Positions 10,004-13,776 of a DNA stretch of 13,776 bases are shown here, piece by piece (position 1 is the stretch's first letter; the number at the start of each line of letters is the position of its first letter). Both the position numbers and the translations under genes were made by a program. The notes below the pieces were generated by a model. It saw only the letters and a list, made by a program, of their open reading frames with translations. It ran no database searches and was not told where the DNA came from. This stretch comes from Octopus sinensis (lineage: Eukaryota): positions 1 to 13,776 of the forward strand of contig NW_021826079.1 of assembly GCF_006345805.1 (NCBI RefSeq). The letters are read 5' to 3'.

Positions 10004-10525
10004 CTGAGAGGACAGTCATGGACACCTGTTTCTACCGGAATAGGTGTCATCAGCATGACATTGTCACACTTTATATGTCTTGGACAAATATTTAAGAAAA
10101 AAAAAACGTATAGAACACACATACATGTATAGGCGAATTCTTGAGATTATTATTTCGTCTTTCCAGACGGAAGCTGTTTTCTGTTGCTATTTGTTAATTT
10201 TAATGCGTCTTCTAGAGTCGACCATGATTTTAATATATCCATAATTTATGTTGTATGTTAATTGATAGACCTGTATTTGTATATTACGTTCAAATACATA
10301 CCACTGGCCAATCTGCCATTATATAAAATATTAAGATTACAGTTTAAATTTGAATTTAAAATTTACGTGTTTGGGTATGTCCCTAGTAGTATGCCGACAA
10401 AGCATGTTCACTGTCTATGGCTACCTGGTGTCATCCACGATATTTGCACAATCGTAGCTGGATCTACCTTAGAAATTCCTCAGTGCACGTTGAGTATAAA
10501 ACAAACAATGGATATGTATCCATTG

Positions 10526-10529
<4 letters not shown>

Positions 10530-10557
<28 letters not shown>
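10530..10557. repeat. (TG)n microsatellite
   Basis: Perfect TG run. Confidence 0.95.
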
Positions 10558-10619
10558 ATACACACACTCACACGTACATATACACACGCATCTAAGTATG
10601 TATTTACATATGGCAAGAT

Positions 10620-11387
10620 TATGAAAGAAACGACAAAATAAAAAAAGAAAGAGAGAGGCGAGTGGGGAAAGAGAAAATAAGGAAAGAAAAAGAAATGATC
10701 GAAAGTGTAAATCAAGGAAAATTATTGACGAAATAGCGAACGAAAGTGAAAAGAAACAAATAAAGAGTGAAAGAAAAAATAGTGAAAATACTTATGAGGG
10801 GAAGGAAAACTAAAAGAAAAGAAAATGAGAGATTGAATGGAGAAAGTGGAGGCAAAAGTATTAAGCGAAAAACAACGGTAAAATAGAATTGAAAGTGAGT
10901 GGAGAGAGAGAGAGGGTGGAAGATGAAGAGAGAGGAAGATAGAAACGGGATGGCAGAGAGGAGAAAAAGGAAGAGAAAGAGAAAGAGCGAAGAAAAAAGG
11001 ATGAGGGGGGGAGAAACAGAGAGAGGAATCAACAGTTGACAGACGTAGAAAGGGTTATAAGAGAAAGACAAAGACAATAATGCAAGTGAGGTAGGAGAAA
11101 AGGACGTCGAAGATAAGAAAGAGAAGAGAGATAGAAAAAGGGAGAGAGAAAGAGAAGAATTCGAAAGGAAGACGTGCGTGAGCACACACACACACACACA
11201 TACGGATGGGGAGGGAGGCAAGTAAAACAGCAACAAGGCATCAAGTGACGTAGGAGTGAGTGTTAGGAGGAGGTAAAACATTAAAAGATTGTTTCTTTAC
11301 GATATTTGAGACGTTAGTATCACAGTGCGAGGGGAGTAGTAATAGTAGTAAGAGTTGAAAGAGGGAGGGGGAAAGAAGGGGAGAAAC
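10620..11387 (+). repeat. Purine-rich (A/G) low-complexity tract
   Basis: Degenerate GAAA/GAGA/GGA composition with a short (CA)n at ~11183-11200. Confidence 0.85.
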
Positions 11388-11407
11388 TTTGCCGTCGCTG
11401 GTTACAG

Positions 11408-12090
11408 TTTCTCTTCCTCATATTTCCTTCTCTTCCTATCACTCTCTCTCTCTTTCTCTTTCCTCCTACCACTCTGATAAAGTTACTGTTGTTCACAGAA
11501 ACTTTATTTCGCCTCCTCCTCCTTCCTCATTCTCTACTCCTCTTCTTTACAGTTCTTACTCCCACTTCCTCTCTGAAACAATTCGGCCACTGTTATAAAC
11601 TTTTTTACTTCCTTCTTCCTGTTTCCTCTTTTTTTTATCTCCTTTCACCATTACCACCGCCGTCATCACCATCAACACCACTGCCACCATCACCATCAAT
11701 ACCACCGTGACCACCACCACTATCATCGCTACAACCAGCACCACCAGTAACATAACCTCCCCTTCTTTCTTTCTTTTTCCTTCCTCCTCTAAACCACTTC
11801 TTCATTCATTCTGCCTTCTCTTCCTTCTCCTTCCTCCCCTTTTAACTCTAGCCCCCCCTCTCTCTCTCCTCCTACCACCGTCTTCCACATTGATGGTGCT
11901 GGCGTTCAATTTGAACCCCAACCTCCGTTCTCTACCCCTCCTCTGCATCATCATCATCATCATCCTCTTTACTATACTCGTCTCCCACTCTTCACTTTCC
12001 TCCTACTTATCACTCCTCCTATTCGGCCTCCTCCCTTTCTTTCCTCTTCCTACGACTACGTCCTTCACCCCCTTCCTCTTCCGTCTTCAA
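11408..12090 (+). repeat. Pyrimidine-rich (C/T) low-complexity tract with internal degenerate (CAC/CAT)n at ~11646-11746
   Basis: Degenerate CTT/CCT/CT composition. Confidence 0.85.
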
Positions 12091-12412
12091 CCCATTTCTA
12101 CCTTTACGGAGAGTCGCGCGACTTGGCTAAATATAGCAGCCAAAACTCCCTCAAAATCACATCTTACAACCTTAAACCCATGCAGGGCTTCATAAAAAGA
12201 CAGAGGAGCAGAATGGTCGCCACTGAGACACCTTCCAACAAAGCCCTGCTGCTCTAGCATGCCTAACAGTCCAAGAATTAAACAACATTTTCTTCCTTAT
12301 TTCTCTTTCTTATTGAAGTTCTCCTTCTACTCCTCAAACTCCTACCACCTTTCTCAAGCGAACACCATCTCTCCCACTCTCTCTCACACACTTTCACTGT
12401 TTATCTATCTAC

Positions 12413-12461
12413 TTAACCACTAATTCACGGGGACGTAACAAACCAACACCGGTTGTCAACT
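12413..12461 (-). mobile_element. Short SINE 3'-region fragment, inverted homolog of ~13415-13460
   Basis: The minus strand reads acaaccggtgttggtttgttacgtccccgtgaattagtggtt and aligns by eye to ccagcctgtgtaggtgtattttcgtccccgtaagctagcgatt. Confidence 0.6.
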
Positions 12462-12749
12462 GCCATGTATGTGTGCATGTATGTATGAATGAATGAATGG
12501 TTGGATGTATAAATGTAAAGCATAAAGTCAGGAGGTATGCGAGTTGAATATATATCTAACCACGTGATTCCTGTAAGGTTACAGCCGTTTCGCGAACTTC
12601 TCTATGAAGTATTAAGTTCAGTATGGCAGAAATAATGCATACGTCTTTGACATGTTCGCTTTAGTACGCACGCTCAGCATTATACAATATAACATACAAG
12701 CTAGCTCATCAGATGACCCCGAGCAACAGTGTTACATCAACTATTCAAC

Positions 12750-12761
12750 TGTGTGTGTGTG

Positions 12762-12798
<37 letters not shown>

Positions 12799-12821
12799 CG
12801 TGTGTGTGTGTGTGAGAGAGA
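12750..12821. repeat. (TG)n/(CG)n/(GA)n compound microsatellite
   Basis: Directly visible. Confidence 0.93.
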
Positions 12822-13013
12822 GGAATTGGAAGAAATCTCCATTTTCTTCTTTTTTCCTTTATATGAATATAAACTATAGTTTATATACAAACCTATCGTT
12901 TTAAGGAAATCAATTTCCCACAAAATATTAGGTATTGATACAGTATTTCCTTGGATGAAACCATCACATCATGAGGCTATCATGACCTCCATCTGACTTA
13001 TATATACATACAT

Positions 13014-13014
<1 letters not shown>

Positions 13015-13105
<91 letters not shown>

Positions 13106-13113
13106 ATAGAGAT

Positions 13114-13171
<58 letters not shown>

Positions 13172-13208
13172 TGATAGATAGATAGATAGATAGATAGATT
13201 GATAGATA
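13015..13208. repeat. (GATA)n tetranucleotide microsatellite, ~190 bp
   Basis: Near-perfect GATA run with a few variant units. Confidence 0.98.
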
Positions 13209-13215
13209 CACACAC

Positions 13216-13320
13216 TTTCTAACCACCAAATCGACTCAGTCCGGAGCTAAAGCAGAAAATACTTGCCTAAAGATCTGTACCTGAAATCGTGTGGTTGCAA
13301 AGCGAACTTCTTAACATACC
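13216..13320 (-). mobile_element. Degenerate SINE head/CORE remnant
   Basis: The minus strand reads gttaagaagttcgctttgcaaccacacgatttcaggtacagatctttaggcaagtattttctgctttagctcc. It has a decayed B-box region and a CORE-like ttaggcaagt, and resembles a recalled octopus SINE with internal deletions. Confidence 0.55.
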
Positions 13321-13324
13321 CATT

Positions 13325-13336
13325 TGTGTGTGTGTG

Positions 13337-13381
<45 letters not shown>

Positions 13382-13407
13382 CGCGCGCGCGCGCGTGTGT
13401 GCGTGTG
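13325..13407. repeat. (TG)n(CG)n microsatellite
   Basis: Directly visible; includes ~7 consecutive CG. Confidence 0.95.
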
Positions 13408-13414
13408 CCACAGC

Positions 13415-13590
13415 ACCAGCCTGTGTAGGTGTATTTTCGTCCCCGTAAGCTAGCGATTCGAGAAAAAGAGTCCAATATAGAATAAGTAATAGGCTTAAAA
13501 AGTTAAGTTCTGATGTCCATTTATTCGACAAAAAATTCTTCAAGGCGGTGCCCCAGCAAGGCCACACTAAGCGAGCAAAAGACAAGAGAT
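13415..13590 (+). mobile_element. SINE 3' region (diverged)
   Basis: cgtccccgtaagctagcgattcg...tagaataagta...aaggcggtgccccagcaaggcc, followed by an A-rich end. It resembles the recalled 3' half of an octopus SINE that follows an internal TG tract, and has a partial second copy at 12413-12461. Confidence 0.65.
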
Positions 13591-13607
13591 GTATGTGCCA
13601 ACCTTTT

Positions 13608-13776
13608 TAAACTCTCTTTCCTTCTTTTTCCTCATCATCCTCTTTTCTTTCCTATTCCTACTCCTCCCACCTTTCATTTCCTCTCATCTCCTCCACATTT
13701 TGCACTTACATGAACTTTGCCACCTCTCTTCTTTCCTTTCTACTTTCTCTTTTATTTTTTCCACTGCTGCTCCCCC
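13608..13776 (+). repeat. Pyrimidine-rich low-complexity tract
   Basis: C/T-dominated degenerate repeats running to the window end. Confidence 0.8.

Noticed and set aside
9799-10095. 98-aa + strand ORF in unique sequence (also 9319-9525 and 10262-10558)
   Set aside because: Non-ATG or weak starts, no recognisable motif, and lengths compatible with chance.
10712-12195. Hydrophobic L/F/S-rich ORFs (189 aa and 162 aa) resembling membrane proteins
   Set aside because: They are by-products of pyrimidine-rich low-complexity DNA, which lacks stop codons.
12100-12270. Possible further interspersed repeat fragment (gctaaatatagcagccaaaactccctcaaaatcac)
   Set aside because: Only a vague resemblance from memory, with no internal structural evidence or second copy in the window.

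Overview
This is AT-rich, microsatellite-dense eukaryotic genomic DNA with no convincing protein-coding gene. Nearly all long ORFs in the track are homopolymeric read-throughs of simple repeats. The interspersed repeats resemble, from memory and not from a search, SINE/LINE families of coleoid cephalopods, so an Octopus intron or intergenic region is the likely source. The dominant feature is a ~5.9 kb compound AAT/AAC/AAG array (1693-7550). It has an ordered internal grammar, a ~2.0 kb higher-order duplication and two ~250 bp strand-inverted islands. Each island opens at an identical fold-back hairpin (46-bp arms, 7-nt loop cgtccgc). Two complex-sequence, retroposon-like blocks cap the array. 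Elsewhere there are CORE-type tRNA-SINE fragments, a DINE-1/HINE-like end, a diverged 545-bp-spaced duplication, and a ~1 kb unique island (9150-10100) with clustered E-box/D-box/YY1-like motifs, small hairpins and a possible minus-strand exon. I found no evidence for a new gene system; the array architecture is the most unusual thing here.
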